A stretch of DNA of 63,112 bases, counting the filler, from Octopus bimaculoides (taxonomy: Eukaryota), in NCBI RefSeq assembly GCF_001194135.2. It is 5 parts of 5 records of this genome, joined end to end, with 100 filler letters (N's around TTAATTAATTAA, not from the genome) between each part and the next. Parts side by side here need not be neighbours in the genome. Positions count along the whole stretch, not along the records: positions 1 to 25,431 come from NC_068994.1; 4 more parts are not named here. One strand, given 5' to 3'. The position numbers were made by a program, and so were the translations under genes. This document shows positions 1 to 11,627 of this stretch, in pieces. Below the pieces are notes generated by a model. It made no database searches. It was not told the origin of the DNA and was given only the letters and a program-made list of their open reading frames with translations. Numbering within the stretch: the stretch's first letter is position 1; every line of letters begins with the position of its first letter.

Positions 1-129
1 ATATATATATGTAGTACACATGAGCGCACATATACACAATCGCACAGAAGCGCATATACGCACATACATTTACACGTATGCACTCACACATACGAACAAA
101 CGAGCAAAACTATTTTGAAACAGTAGCAG

Positions 130-633
130 CAGCGGATAACAAGACCAACATGTTCACCATGAAGAATAACAACAACCACAACAACAGTAGCAGCAGCAGC
201 AACAACAACAACAACACCCATAAGTTCTTTTATGAAGAGAGTAATGGCTGTTTTATGTAGGCCATGCTTCAAAACATATTTGCGCGCCAAATTCGAATCA
301 ACGAAGAGAAAGACGGCAGAAGACAGAAGATATAAATAGGACGTGGAGGAGGAAGAGGCGGAGGAGGAGGGAGATCTGTAGGGGGTCTGGTGGGAGGTAT
401 AAGGGAAGGCGATGGAGGAGGAAGGAAGGGGAGGAGGTGGAGGTGAAGGAGGAGAGGAGAAGAAGAAGAAAAAGGAAGGAGAGAAGTAGTAGTGGAAAAC
501 AAAGGAGTGAAATAATAAAGAAAAGAGAAGAATAATTAGTAGTAGTAGCAGTAGTAGTAGCAGTAGTAGAGATGGTTTGTGCGGTAGAACAACAATAACA
601 ACAACGAGACTTGAAGAAGAAGAAGAAGAAGAA

Positions 634-675
<42 letters not shown>

Positions 676-840
676 CGGTTGTGGTGGTGGTGGTGGTGGT
701 GGTGGTGATAGTAGTAGTAGTAGTAGTAGTAGAGGAAGAGAAGGAGGAGGAGGAGGAGAGAAGAAGATGGGAAGAAGATGAGGAAGAAAAAAAGAAAGAA
801 AAAGAAGCAGGAGGAGGAGGGCGTAAGGTTCGAGAGCGAG
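130..840. repeat. Compound trinucleotide low-complexity tract (CAA/CAG, GGA/GAA, TAG, GTG)
   Basis: Visible runs of aac, gca, gga, gaa, agt and ggt units ending at an N gap. Confidence 0.95.
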
Positions 841-1380
841 TNNNNNNNNNNNNNNNNNNNNNNNNNNNNNNNNNNNNNNNNNNNNNNNNNNNNNNNNNNN
901 NNNNNNNNNNNNNNNNNNNNNNNNNNNNNNNNNNNNNNNNNNNNNNNNNNNNNNNNNNNNNNNNNNNNNNNNNNNNNNNNNNNNNNNNNNNNNNNNNNNN
1001 NNNNNNNNNNNNNNNNNNNNNNNNNNNNNNNNNNNNNNNNNNNNNNNNNNNNNNNNNNNNNNNNNNNNNNNNNNNNNNNNNNNNNNNNNNNNNNNNNNNN
1101 NNNNNNNNNNNNNNNNNNNNNNNNNNNNNNNNNNNNNNNNNNNNNNNNNNNNNNNNNNNNNNNNNNNNNNNNNNNNNNNNNNNNNNNNNNNNNNNNNNNN
1201 NNNNNNNNNNNNNNNNNNNNNATAACGTATCCATTACAGCAGCAGCAGTAGCAGCAGCAGCAGCAGAAAGATAGCTAATGAGTGAATCTCTAGGGTGGTG
1301 CCTTTCATAGTAACGATCCTAAAGAACCCGTAGGGTACTGTAAAATAAATTCTGGGGGTATTACCCGATTTAGGTGTCAT

Positions 1381-1540
1381 TAGGAGTGGCTGTGTGGTAA
1401 GTAGCTTGCTTACCAACTACATGGTTGCGGGTTCAGTCCCACTGCGTGGCACCTTGAGCAAGTGTCTTCTACTATAGCCTCGGGCTGACCAAAGCCTTGT
1501 GAGTGGATTTGGTAGACGGAAACTGAAAGAAACCCATCAT
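1381..1540 (+). mobile_element. tRNA-derived SINE family A, 5' half
   Basis: Matches the head of the full copy at 41305 (ggagtggctgtgtggtaagtagcttgcttacc...ggaaactgaaagaa) and is followed by (TA)n. Confidence 0.9.
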
Positions 1541-1679
1541 ATAAATATATATATATATATATATATATGCATGTATGTGTGTTTCAAGTGTCTTCTAGTA
1601 CAGCCTCGGGCCGACCAAAGCCTTGTGAGTGGGTTTGTAATTATGGAATCGTGCATTGGAAACTTGATTTTATGCTGAT

Positions 1680-1880
1680 CAAAAATCGTGCATGATCACC
1701 TGTCCAAGAGGCTGCAGATTTGCCGAAAAATGTAAAAAAACTGACGAGGTATGAAACTCTGAAGAACGAGATTCCAAAAGTTTTTGCGAATGGAAAAAAG
1801 TGTCCATTGCGCCAATAACTGTTGCTGTTGTAGGTACAGTGAGCAAAGAAATTGGTAAGTGGTTGGAAATGATAAGCATG
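1680..1880 (+). mobile_element. Decayed R4/Dong-like LINE, restriction-like endonuclease (RLE) C-terminal fragment
   Basis: Frameshifted translation KLTRYETLKNEIPK / VSIAPITVAVVGTVSKEIGKWLE parallels KLSKYKDLEIE...TIPIIIGVLG in the copy at 36597-36950. Confidence 0.5.
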
Positions 1881-2139
1881 TTGGTATGCTGGGATATCGC
1901 TTTGAAGGCTTTAGTCGGAGAAATCGTGCTAAATACTTACTTTGTAAGCCTGGTACTTAATCTGTTAGTAACTTTTGCCGAACTGCTAAGTTACGAGTCC
2001 GTTAGTTACCCAATATCAGATATCAACCGGAAGCAGAAGACAACCAGAAACACAAATATGGGTACATACGGACATACATGCATACATACATACATACATA
2101 CATACATACATGTATGTACATACAAACATAGAAACGTTA

Positions 2140-2347
2140 GCACGCCGGGCGAAATGCTTAGCGGTATTTCGTCTGCCGCTACGTTCTGAGTTCAAATTCC
2201 GTCGAGGTCGACTTTGCCTTTCATCCTTTCGGGGTCGATTGAATAAGTACCAGTTACGCACTGGAGTCGATATAATCGACTTAATCCGTTCGTCTGTCCT
2301 TGTTTGTCCCCTCTGTGTGTAGCCCCTTGTGGGCAATAAAGAAATAA
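2140..2347 (+). mobile_element. SINE family B with a Meta/MESC-like core
   Basis: B-box-like gagttcaaattcc, core gtcgactttgcctttcatcctttcggggtcgat..aataagtaccag, 3' end gggcaataaagaaataa. Antisense copies near 49640-49850 and 50100-50200. The domain name is from memory and unverified. Confidence 0.75.
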
Positions 2348-2384
2348 CAAACATAGATACATAGAAACATTCAACCTTAAATAC

Positions 2385-2480
2385 ATGCCCCAAAAAATCG
2401 CACGAGTCTACTGCAAATGCCCCAAAAAATCGCACGAGTCTACTGCAAATGCCCCAAAAAATCGCACGAGTCTACTGCAA
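2385..2480 (+). repeat. 32-bp unit x3 tandem repeat
   Basis: atgccccaaaaaatcgcacgagtctactgcaa starts at 2385, 2417 and 2449. Confidence 0.97.
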
Positions 2481-3282
2481 TATATCATCAGATGAAAGGA
2501 TGATAGTATATGACCAAAAGACCAAGCACGGATATGTTAGTAGAAAGCTTCGAGATGATAGTAACATTGATGGACCAACAACCGGATTGCTACCTCCCAC
2601 TTTGAAGGGTATGCGATTGAAATCCAGAAACAGGGAGTATCAACCAAATACTTGATGCACGAAAGAGATACAGATGCAGGAAAAGCAGTAAAGTGTGCAA
2701 CTGATGCAGACACCGAAGATATCACTCACATCATAAGCAGCTGTCCGAAAATATCCATCACAGTATTATCTGCCGATGAGACATGATGTTGTAGCTAGGA
2801 CACTGTATAACGCGATCCGTCGAAAGGATAACCCCGAGAACAAAGAAATAAGAACCCACAGTATGGTGGAAGGCATAGCGACTCATAATAAAAGTACTTG
2901 TGGAATGTCCCAGTGAAAAACCTCAATAAAATGTAAACACAATAGACCTGATACAATGATTTGGGACAAAGAAGAGAAACTGTGTACAGTTGTGGAAATC
3001 AGCTGCCCAGCAGATGTTAAGATAAAGCTGAAGATTAGCGAAAGAGAAAATACGTACGCTGAACTATTAAGAAATCTACAGTTACTCTATCCAGATTACA
3101 AGTTCGGGTATATACCTGTAATTACTGGGGCAGTGGGATATCTAACGCACTGCTTAAATACCAATCTTGAGAAATTAGGCTTCTCAAAACTAGAAAGGAG
3201 AAAGCTGATTCGAAGACTTCAGATCCAGTCCATCACTGGAACTGGAAAACTCCGTAAAACTTTCCAGAAGTTTATCATTTAA
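2480..3282 (+). mobile_element. 5'-truncated R4/Dong-like non-LTR retrotransposon (CCHC knuckle + RLE endonuclease), frameshifted
   Basis: Translations include EDITHIISSCPK..YYLPMRHDVVARTLYN and HNRPDTMIWDKEEKLCTVVEISCPAD...YIPVITGAVG. Confidence 0.85.
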
Positions 3283-3363
3283 GTATATATGCGCATGTCT
3301 AGACATGGAACTGTATGCATGAGAATACAGATATAAGACAAAACATATAAATCTGCACATATA

Positions 3364-3589
3364 CAAGGGGTCCCAAAAAGATCTACTCACTCTTTGACAG
3401 ATGATTACTAATATAAAGAACATTAAATAATTCTAAATGACAATAAATAATCGTTTCTACAGCAAATTATTTTCCTGAATTTAATTTAACTTTTTAGGAT
3501 TGTATGTATATCAATAAACATCTACTTGAGCACAAAATGCATGAGTACTGGGAAGTCAAAGAGTGAGTACATCTTTTTGGGACACCCTG
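3364..3589. mobile_element. Tc1/mariner-type MITE
   Basis: ~35-bp TIRs caaggggtcccaaaaagatctactcactctttgac / gtcaaagagtgagtacatctttttgggacaccctg, flanked by TA at 3362-3363 and 3590-3591. Confidence 0.9.
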
Positions 3590-4025
3590 TACATACATAT
3601 ATACAAAAATACCCTATTGGGGTTGTTTAAATTCCAATGAAGGAGGCTTGGATCTAGGTTAGAAACCGGTTCTTTCTCNNNNNNNNNNNNNNNNNNNNNN
3701 NNNNNNNNNNNNNNNNNNNNNNNNNNNNNNNNNNNNNNNNNNNNNNNNNNNNNNNNNNNNNNNNNNNNNNNNNNNNNNGAGAGAGAGAGATATATACATA
3801 TCTATGTATACATGTAATGTATGTATATATAATAAAAGGAAATAAAGAGATGATATTTGTTGAATCCATGCTACATATGTTTCAATAGCATGCCATTTTA
3901 TTCATAATTTGTGCATTACATCACATAAAACGGGAAAATTCTTAATTGATTACGTAACTAATTAACTTAACTAATTAATCGATTTATCGTCTCACAGCGT
4001 AAACTGTCAAGTAGTCACATACTCC

Positions 4026-4082
<57 letters not shown>

Positions 4083-4319
4083 CTCATATCGTACCTCACT
4101 CATCGTGAACTAACCCCACTGTGCACGACAACACTTGTCTCTCCACTAATTCCTCTCAACACTCATCAATCATCCAGTACTCAACCCACTAAAACAAAAC
4201 AAAAACAATAATTAAAGCAAAAACAAAAAAAAATAGAAGCCGACAACCCAATGGAATTCTATTTTCACCAACATAGATGCCTGTAGAGAAACAAACTTAC
4301 AAAATAAACTAAGTTTATT

Positions 4320-4640
4320 TATGGCTCAGTAGTTAGGGCGTGCGACTCACAACCATGAGTTAATGAGTTCGATTCTCGGAACGGGTTGTGTATTGTGTTC
4401 TTGAGCAAGATACTTTATTTTACGTTACTCCAGTTCACTCATTTGTAGATATCATTGGTGCCAAGCTGTATCGGCCTTTGCCTTTCATCTTGGATAACAT
4501 CGGTAGCGTGGAGTGAAGAGGTTATTATGCACGCACAACTACTGGTCTTCCCCAAACAACTTTGCCTGGACTTGTACCTCGGAGGGTAACTTTCTAGGTT
4601 CAATCTCATGGTCATTCATAACCGAAGTGGGGGTCTTTTT
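4320..4640 (+). mobile_element. tRNA-derived SINE family C
   Basis: A box tggctcagtagttag, B box gagttcgattctc, core ttgtgttcttgagcaaga..ctttatttt..ctccagttcactc shared with 24270-24510 and 50212-50465. Confidence 0.8.
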
Positions 4641-4789
4641 ACTCTTGAATAACATGGTTTATAATTTTGGTATAAGGACACAATCTTTCACCATAGCAAA
4701 TCCTGAATCCAAAGAAAAAGGAACGAATAATTAGTCCCAAGGATACTCGTAACAAAATTGGATAAGTTTAATTACCGTGAGAAATGGAG

Positions 4790-4830
4790 AAAATAACGTT
4801 TCAGACAATTGTCCTTCGTCAGAGAATAAG
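4790..4830 (-). ncRNA. Minimal Penelope-type hammerhead motif
   Basis: Minus strand CUGACGA-A-GGAC-AAUU-GUCU-GAAA-CG-UU with a self-complementary ACGU stem III. Stem I is essentially absent. Confidence 0.55.
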
Positions 4831-5370
4831 GAAGAGACAGAGAGAAATAGTGGTGTTATCGCTTGTATTGTTGATCAGTAGATTGTGGATATATAAGATA
4901 TAGAAAAAAACATAGTGTGACTTGGTTACACTGGTCTAGTTTCACCGTTTTACAATACACTCCATGAACTTAAAAATATAAAAAGAGAAAAATATTACAG
5001 ATAAAATACTATAAACACGCACACATATATTGGCGTGTGCACGTGTGTGTGTGTGTGTGTATATATATATGTGTGTGTATGTGTGTATGTGTGTGTGTGT
5101 ATGTGTGTTCACAAAGATACAGGCATATGTGTATGTGTGTGTGCGTGCATGTGTGTGTGTGTGTGTGTGTGCGTGCATGTGTGTGAGTGTGTGTGTGTGT
5201 ATGCAGATGTAAATGTTTACTTAAGGTTATTAAAGCAATTTTTAGAATAATAACTAACGGGACAGCGCTGAAGTGCATTCTAGCCTTAACGAAAATTGTT
5301 TAATAGTATACACGTGTATACATGTGTTTGTACATATGAGCATATGTATTTGTGCCTTTGTGTGTATATA

Positions 5371-5416
<46 letters not shown>

Positions 5417-6136
5417 NNNNNNNNNNNNNNNNNNNNNNNNNNNNNNNNNNNNNNNNNNNNNNNNNNNNNNNNNNNNNNNNNNNNNNNNNNNNNNNNNNNN
5501 NNNNNNNNNNNNNNNNNNNNNNNNNNNNNNNNNNNNNNNNNNNNNNNNNNNNNNNNNNNNNNNNNNNNNNNNNNNNNNNNNNNNNNNNNNNNNNNNNNNN
5601 NNNNNNNNNNNNNNNNNNNNNNNNNNNNNNNNNNNNNNNNNNNNNNNNNNNNNNNNNNNNNNNNNNNNNNNNNNNNNNNNNNNNNNNNNNNNNNNNNNNN
5701 NNNNNNNNNNNNNNNNNNNNNNNNNNNNNNNNNNNNNNNNNNNNNNNNNNNNNNNNNNNNNNNNNNNNNNNNNNNNNNNNNNNNNNNNNNNNNNNNNNNN
5801 NNNNNNNNNNNNNNNNNNNNNNNNNNNNNNNNNNNNNNNNNNNNNNNNNNNNNNNNNNNNNNNNNNNNNNNNNNNNNNNNNNNNNNNNNNNNNNNNNNNN
5901 NNNNNNNNNNNNNNNNNNNNNNNNNNNNNNNNNNNNNNNNNNNNNNNNNNNNNNNNNNNNNNNNNNNNNNNNNNNNNNNNNNNNNNNNNNNNNNNNNNNN
6001 NNNNNNNNNNNNNNNNNNNNNNNNNNNNNNNNNNNNNNNNNNNNNNNNNNNNNNNNNNNNNNNNNNNNNNNNNNNNNNNNNNNNNNNNNNNNNNNNNNNN
6101 NNNNNNNNNNNNNNNNNNNNNNNNNNNNNNNNNNNN

Positions 6137-6380
6137 CACGGCGGCGCTGGAGAGAATAGAGTTTCTATGCTTTAAGGCGGTCCCAGTAATCGAGATCAGC
6201 CATGCCCGTAATTCTTTTAGTGATTGACTTCAATATATGTATATGTGCCTGGGGCTGGCCAGATTGGAGCAATCTCGAGTATAACCAGCCGAAATTGCAA
6301 AGATAATCTAGAACTCGACTGAGGAAAGAAAGCTCCGAATGAGCGAGCATTCTTGAAGCATGCTCAATATATCTGTAGCA
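6137..6380 (-). mobile_element. CR1/L2-group LINE, RT C-terminal fragment
   Basis: Minus translation FLSRVLDY...KSITKRITGMADLDYWDRLKA*KLYSLQRRR matches the typical CR1 ..FTKRI.GM..L.Y..RL..L.LYSL.RRR motif. Confidence 0.8.
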
Positions 6381-6709
6381 GATTTCTCAAGTTTAACGCA
6401 AAAGGCTCTTTGTTTCAAATTCCTGTCCATTACAAAATCGCAGATTATAGCATATATGTGATCACGGAAACACAAATGTCACAAGCTGCAAAGTAAACGC
6501 AGCGATGACACTCGGCACACTGACTCATGAAGGTCAATGCTAGCTCTCACTGCGCTCGCAACCGTGTGCTACAATCTGTTAGCGCGCTACAGAGCTTTAG
6601 ATACCACCTCGTATATATAGATACATGCTTAAATAGATATATGTGAATGTGTGCATGAACATTGAAAATATACATGCACCCGTCTTTTTATGTTTCAATT
6701 TCATTGTCT

Positions 6710-6741
<32 letters not shown>

Positions 6742-7463
6742 NNNNNNNNNNNNNNNNNNNNNNNNNNNNNNNNNNNNNNNNNNNNNNNNNNNNNNNNNNN
6801 NNNNNNNNNNNNNNNNNNNNNNNNNNNNNNNNNNNNNNNNNNNNNNNNNNNNNNNNNNNNNNNNNNNNNNNNNNNNNNNNNNNNNNNNNNNNNNNNNNNN
6901 NNNNNNNNNNNNNNNNNNNNNNNNNNNNNNNNNNNNNNNNNNNNNNNNNNNNNNNNNNNNNNNNNNNNNNNNNNNNNNNNNNNNNNNNNNNNNNNNNNNN
7001 NNNNNNNNNNNNNNNNNNNNNNNNNNNNNNNNNNNNNNNNNNNNNNNNNNNNNNNNNNNNNNNNNNNNNNNNNNNNNNNNNNNNNNNNNNNNNNNNNNNN
7101 NNNNNNNNNNNNNNNNNNNNNNNNNNNNNNNNNNNNNNNNNNNNNNNNNNNNNNNNNNNNNNNNNNNNNNNNNNNNNNNNNNNNNNNNNNNNNNNNNNNN
7201 NNNNNNNNNNNNNNNNNNNNNNNNNNNNNNNNNNNNNNNNNNNNNNNNNNNNNNNNNNNNNNNNNNNNNNNNNNNNNNNNNNNNNNNNNNNNNNNNNNNN
7301 NNNNNNNNNNNNNNNNNNNNNNNNNNNNNNNNNNNNNNNNNNNNNNNNNNNNNNNNNNNNNNNNNNNNNNNNNNNNNNNNNNNNNNNNNNNNNNNNNNNN
7401 NNNNNNNNNNNNNNNNNNNNNNNNNNNNNNNNNNNNNNNNNNNNNNNNNNNNNNNNNNNNNNN

Positions 7464-7499
<36 letters not shown>

Positions 7500-7605
7500 G
7501 GGGGGTACATGTGTGTTTGGTGTATGTTATTTTTGTTCAGTACGTGTGTATGTATATATGTATGCATATACAGACACAAACACACACGCACACAAGCACA
7601 CACAT

Positions 7606-7682
<77 letters not shown>

Positions 7683-7807
7683 CATGTACGTATCCGTATA
7701 TACACATACAATATATATATATATGCATACAAATGTACAGACATAAAAATATGCATAAATACATATATACATGCACACATACATATATACATAAGCGTGG
7801 GTATTTG

Positions 7808-7852
<45 letters not shown>

Positions 7853-8021
7853 CATGTGTGTGCGTACGTGTTGTTTACTGTTGCATACAGTGTGCGCCTT
7901 TTCGATCATACCAGTCGGGAATGAGACACGACGAAAAGGTCACGGACACTCAGCCCACCCCTCACTCCTTCTGACTAATTAAAAGGGTGGCATACACACA
8001 CACACACTCTCTCTTTCTCTC

Positions 8022-8095
<74 letters not shown>

Positions 8096-8443
8096 CACAA
8101 TGCTGCCTTAGTGTTTAGTTAGTGCTGTCTGATAGTAGCTACAAAGTCTGTGTGCGCGCGTGCGCGTGCGTGCGTGTGCCTGTGTACGTTTGGGTATGCA
8201 TTTATGTATGTATGTATGTATGTATGTATGTATGTATGCGTGTATGTATGTATGTAAGTATATGTATGTGTATGTAGAAATACGACCACTGACCTAAAAA
8301 CCTAGTTAAGCGTTGTTCTTTCCCTGCTAGATATACACACACACACTGGCTTTGTATGTGTTTTCATTTTCACACACACACACACACATACACACACACA
8401 CATATATATATATACATACGCACAATCATGTGTGTATGTGTGC

Positions 8444-8493
<50 letters not shown>

Positions 8494-9366
8494 NNNNNNN
8501 NNNNNNNNNNNNNNNNNNNNNNNNNNNNNNNNNNNNNNNNNNNNNNNNNNNNNNNNNNNNNNNNNNNNNNNNNNNNNNNNNNNNNNNNNNNNNNNNNNNN
8601 NNNNNNNNNNNNNNNNNNNNNNNNNNNNNNNNNNNNNNNNNNNNNNNNNNNNNNNNNNNNNNNNNNNNNNNNNNNNNNNNNNNNNNNNNNNNNNNNNNNN
8701 NNNNNNNNNNNNNNNNNNNNNNNNNNNNNNNNNNNNNNNNNNNNNNNNNNNNNNNNNNNNNNNNNNNNNNNNNNNNNNNNNNNNNNNNNNNNNNNNNNNN
8801 NNNNNNNNNNNNNNNNNNNNNNNNNNNNNNNNNNNNNNNNNNNNNNNNNNNNNNNNNNNNNNNNNNNNNNNNNNNNNNNNNNNNNNNNNNNNNNNNNNNN
8901 NNNNNNNNNNNNNNNNNNNNNNNNNNNNNNNNNNNNNNNNNNNNNNNNNNNNNNNNNNNNNNNNNNNNNNNNNNNNNNNNNNNNNNNNNNNNNNNNNNNN
9001 NNNNNNNNNNNNNNNNNNNNNNNNNNNNNNNNNNNNNNNNNNNNNNNNNNNNNNNNNNNNNNNNNNNNNNNNNNNNNNNNNNNNNNNNNNNNNNNNNNNN
9101 NNNNNNNNNNNNNNNNNNNNNNNNNNNNNNNNNNNNNNNNNNNNNNNNNNNNNNNNNNNNNNNNNNNNNNNNNNNNNNNNNNNNNNNNNNNNNNNNNNNN
9201 NNNNNNNNNNNNNNNNNNNNNNNNNNNNNNNNNNNNNNNNNNNNNNNNNNNNNNNNNNNNNNNNNNNNNTATATACACATTCACATCATGTTTATATACG
9301 TATATGCTATACGTTCATATATGCGTTATATAGATATACAAAGTATGTATGCACACACACACACAC

Positions 9367-9419
<53 letters not shown>

Positions 9420-10073
9420 CGCATACATCCAAGTATGTTCTGAAAACTGTCAGGCTGTTAAGTCTTTATCCAAAATCACTTCGTCTGAAACAGTCTTGTA
9501 ATGAAAGGCGTTCCAGACGTGACCATCTGTCTTGTATTTCTTTTATATCAGTGACTACATCGGTTATTAATTTGCTTTGCAAGATTCCTGATGTGGAATC
9601 GTGTGTTGAAACCGATATTGTATTTGGGACGGTCATTTAAACAAACACACGCACTATATATTCTTAAACATCGAGAGACTATGGTTGCCTGAGATGTAAG
9701 AATTAAATAGTCGGGGTGGATGAGAGTATAGAAGTAGATGAACGACGAATGCTCAAGAGCGTTCAATTGAACTAACTACTCGCTGAATTAATGTTGAAGT
9801 GGCTGAGTAAATAATAGACATGTGTATCCTTAACATAACCATCCTCAAACAGAATCAGCGTCACAAAGTGTTCGACAAGGCCAGACTTTTGTATAATTAC
9901 CATAATTCATTCGGTGATCTTCCGCACAGTTTCCGTCAGCATAGTTCTACTCATAAGGTTTGTGTCGACCCGAGGCCATGAGAAAATGTACTTGCCGAGG
10001 ATATCACATTCGTCAAAGAATCTTCGTAAACTAGTGATTACGAAGCGAACTGCTTAAATTATAATTCTAGAAG

Positions 10074-10405
10074 TTGGCACTCCGTCGGTTACGACGTCAA
10101 GGGTTCCAGTTGATCCGATCAACGGAACAGCCTGCTCGTGAAATTAACGTGCAAATGGCTGAGCACTCCACAGACACGTGTACCCTTAACGTAGTTCTAG
10201 GGGATATTCAGCGTGACATAGTGTGACAAGGCTGACCCTTTGAATTACAGGCACAACAGAAACAGGAAGTAAGAGTGAGAGAAAGTTGTGGTGGAAGAGT
10301 ACAGCAGGGTTCGCCACCATCCCCTGCCGGAGCCTCGTGGAACTTTAGGTGTTTTCGCTCAATAAACACTCCCAACGCCCAGTCTGGGAATCGAAACCAC
10401 TGGGC
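10074..10405 (-). mobile_element. SINE family D (antisense, head slightly truncated)
   Basis: Near-identical reverse complement of 25930-26265. Confidence 0.92.
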
Positions 10406-10873
10406 CATTGCACCTCCACAATTCTAGAAGTAATTGTACCCGAAACGGGTAGAATCACGAGTAGAACCAGCTTGAAACTGCGTTACAAGACCGGACTTTT
10501 AAATTACAAATGCACTCCATCTTATTTAAGTGACTGACTAGAGCAACAGACAGTCTCGTAGTTGTACTCTTAACATAATGCTCGGATAAACTCAGCGTGT
10601 CACGGTATAAGAACTATTCGTGCCCATCATTTTGTCATAGTAAAAACCGGTTGAATGTTATATCATGCTCACCCAGTCACTTGCACTCTTATTAAGGCAA
10701 ACCAACCACAGAATCAGCATGAATGAAACATTGTATGAGAAGTTTGTGCACTTTTGGATTATAGCTGCAGTGTACTTTGCGTGAGAATATTCTGTAGGCA
10801 ACGGCACTATTAACGTAAGCTTCAGACATGAGCGAACGTGAGACACGCTGAATGTCAAAACTTATCTCTTTGA

Positions 10874-10912
10874 ATGTCAAGACTTGATGTCAAGACTTGA
10901 TGTCAAGACTTG
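10874..10912 (+). repeat. 13-bp unit x3 (atgtcaagacttg)
   Basis: Exact copies at 10874, 10887 and 10900. Confidence 0.95.
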
Positions 10913-11283
10913 TTTCTTTGAATTTCAGCTACAGGCCATTTTAAATTATAATCTAGCATGGGTGTAGATAGATTTCATAGAGAATTGTACTCTTAACTTT
11001 GAAGCAGAACCAGAATGACGCAGTGTATCTAAACTAACATAGACGTGGTAATAATATTCCACTGGAAATTGTTCTCTTAACGCCCTCCACCTACGGGACC
11101 AGAATGAGTGTACGCCATTGACAAGATCTTTTCAGTTACAATTAGAGGCCACTAGAGACCGTCTTTGAATTAGAGTGTGAGTGACTAAGTATTCTACAGA
11201 CGCTTATATCCTTAACGTTAACGTAATCGTCAGGCAGAAGCGACGTGGCGCAGTATAAGAAGACTGAAGCCTCGAATTTCTGA

Positions 11284-11520
11284 CTCTATTACCGATCTCT
11301 ATTGCCGAACCGCTAAGTTACGGGGACATTTTATCGATATCTATTGCCGAACCGCTAAGTTACGGGGACATTTTATCGATCTTTATTGCCGAACCGCTAA
11401 GTTACGGGGATATTTTATCGATCTCTATTACCGAACCGCTAAGTTACGGTGACATTTTATCGATCAACATTGCCGAACCGCTAATGTTATAGGAACATTT
11501 TATCGATCTGTATTGCCGAC
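11284..11520 (+). repeat. 42-bp minisatellite (~5.5 units) derived from SINE-A
   Basis: attgccgaaccgctaag recurs at 11301, 11343, 11385, 11427, 11469 and 11512. The unit equals the antisense SINE-A segment seen at ~45743-45785. Confidence 0.93.
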
Positions 11521-11588
11521 GTCAAAAGATGTGTTATGGGCGACCGTCAAAGCTGCAGCAGAAGCAGTCCAACCTGGTACTAAAAAAT

Positions 11589-11627
<39 letters not shown>

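Noticed and set aside
3634-3920. GAAACCGGTTC (+) and GAAACATATGTA (-) palindromic stem III-like motifs
   Set aside because: No CUGANGA in the correct position (ccaatga and attatga need two or more core changes), and the stems are incomplete.
6315-6360. Hammerhead-like CTGAGGA...GAAT
   Set aside because: No GAAA or valid stem III register, and it lies inside the antisense of a CR1 coding remnant.
9548-9688. Alternative GPCR terminal exon (ATIVSRCLRIYSACVCL...CSH*, phase 0, cag acceptor)
   Set aside because: Plausible in isolation, but 52 kb away across several gaps and a Gypsy element. The exon at 62028-62216 is a simpler fit. Only junction reads could revive it.
11284-11520. CRISPR-like array
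   Set aside because: The units are contiguous with no unique spacers, derive from a SINE and sit in eukaryotic DNA.
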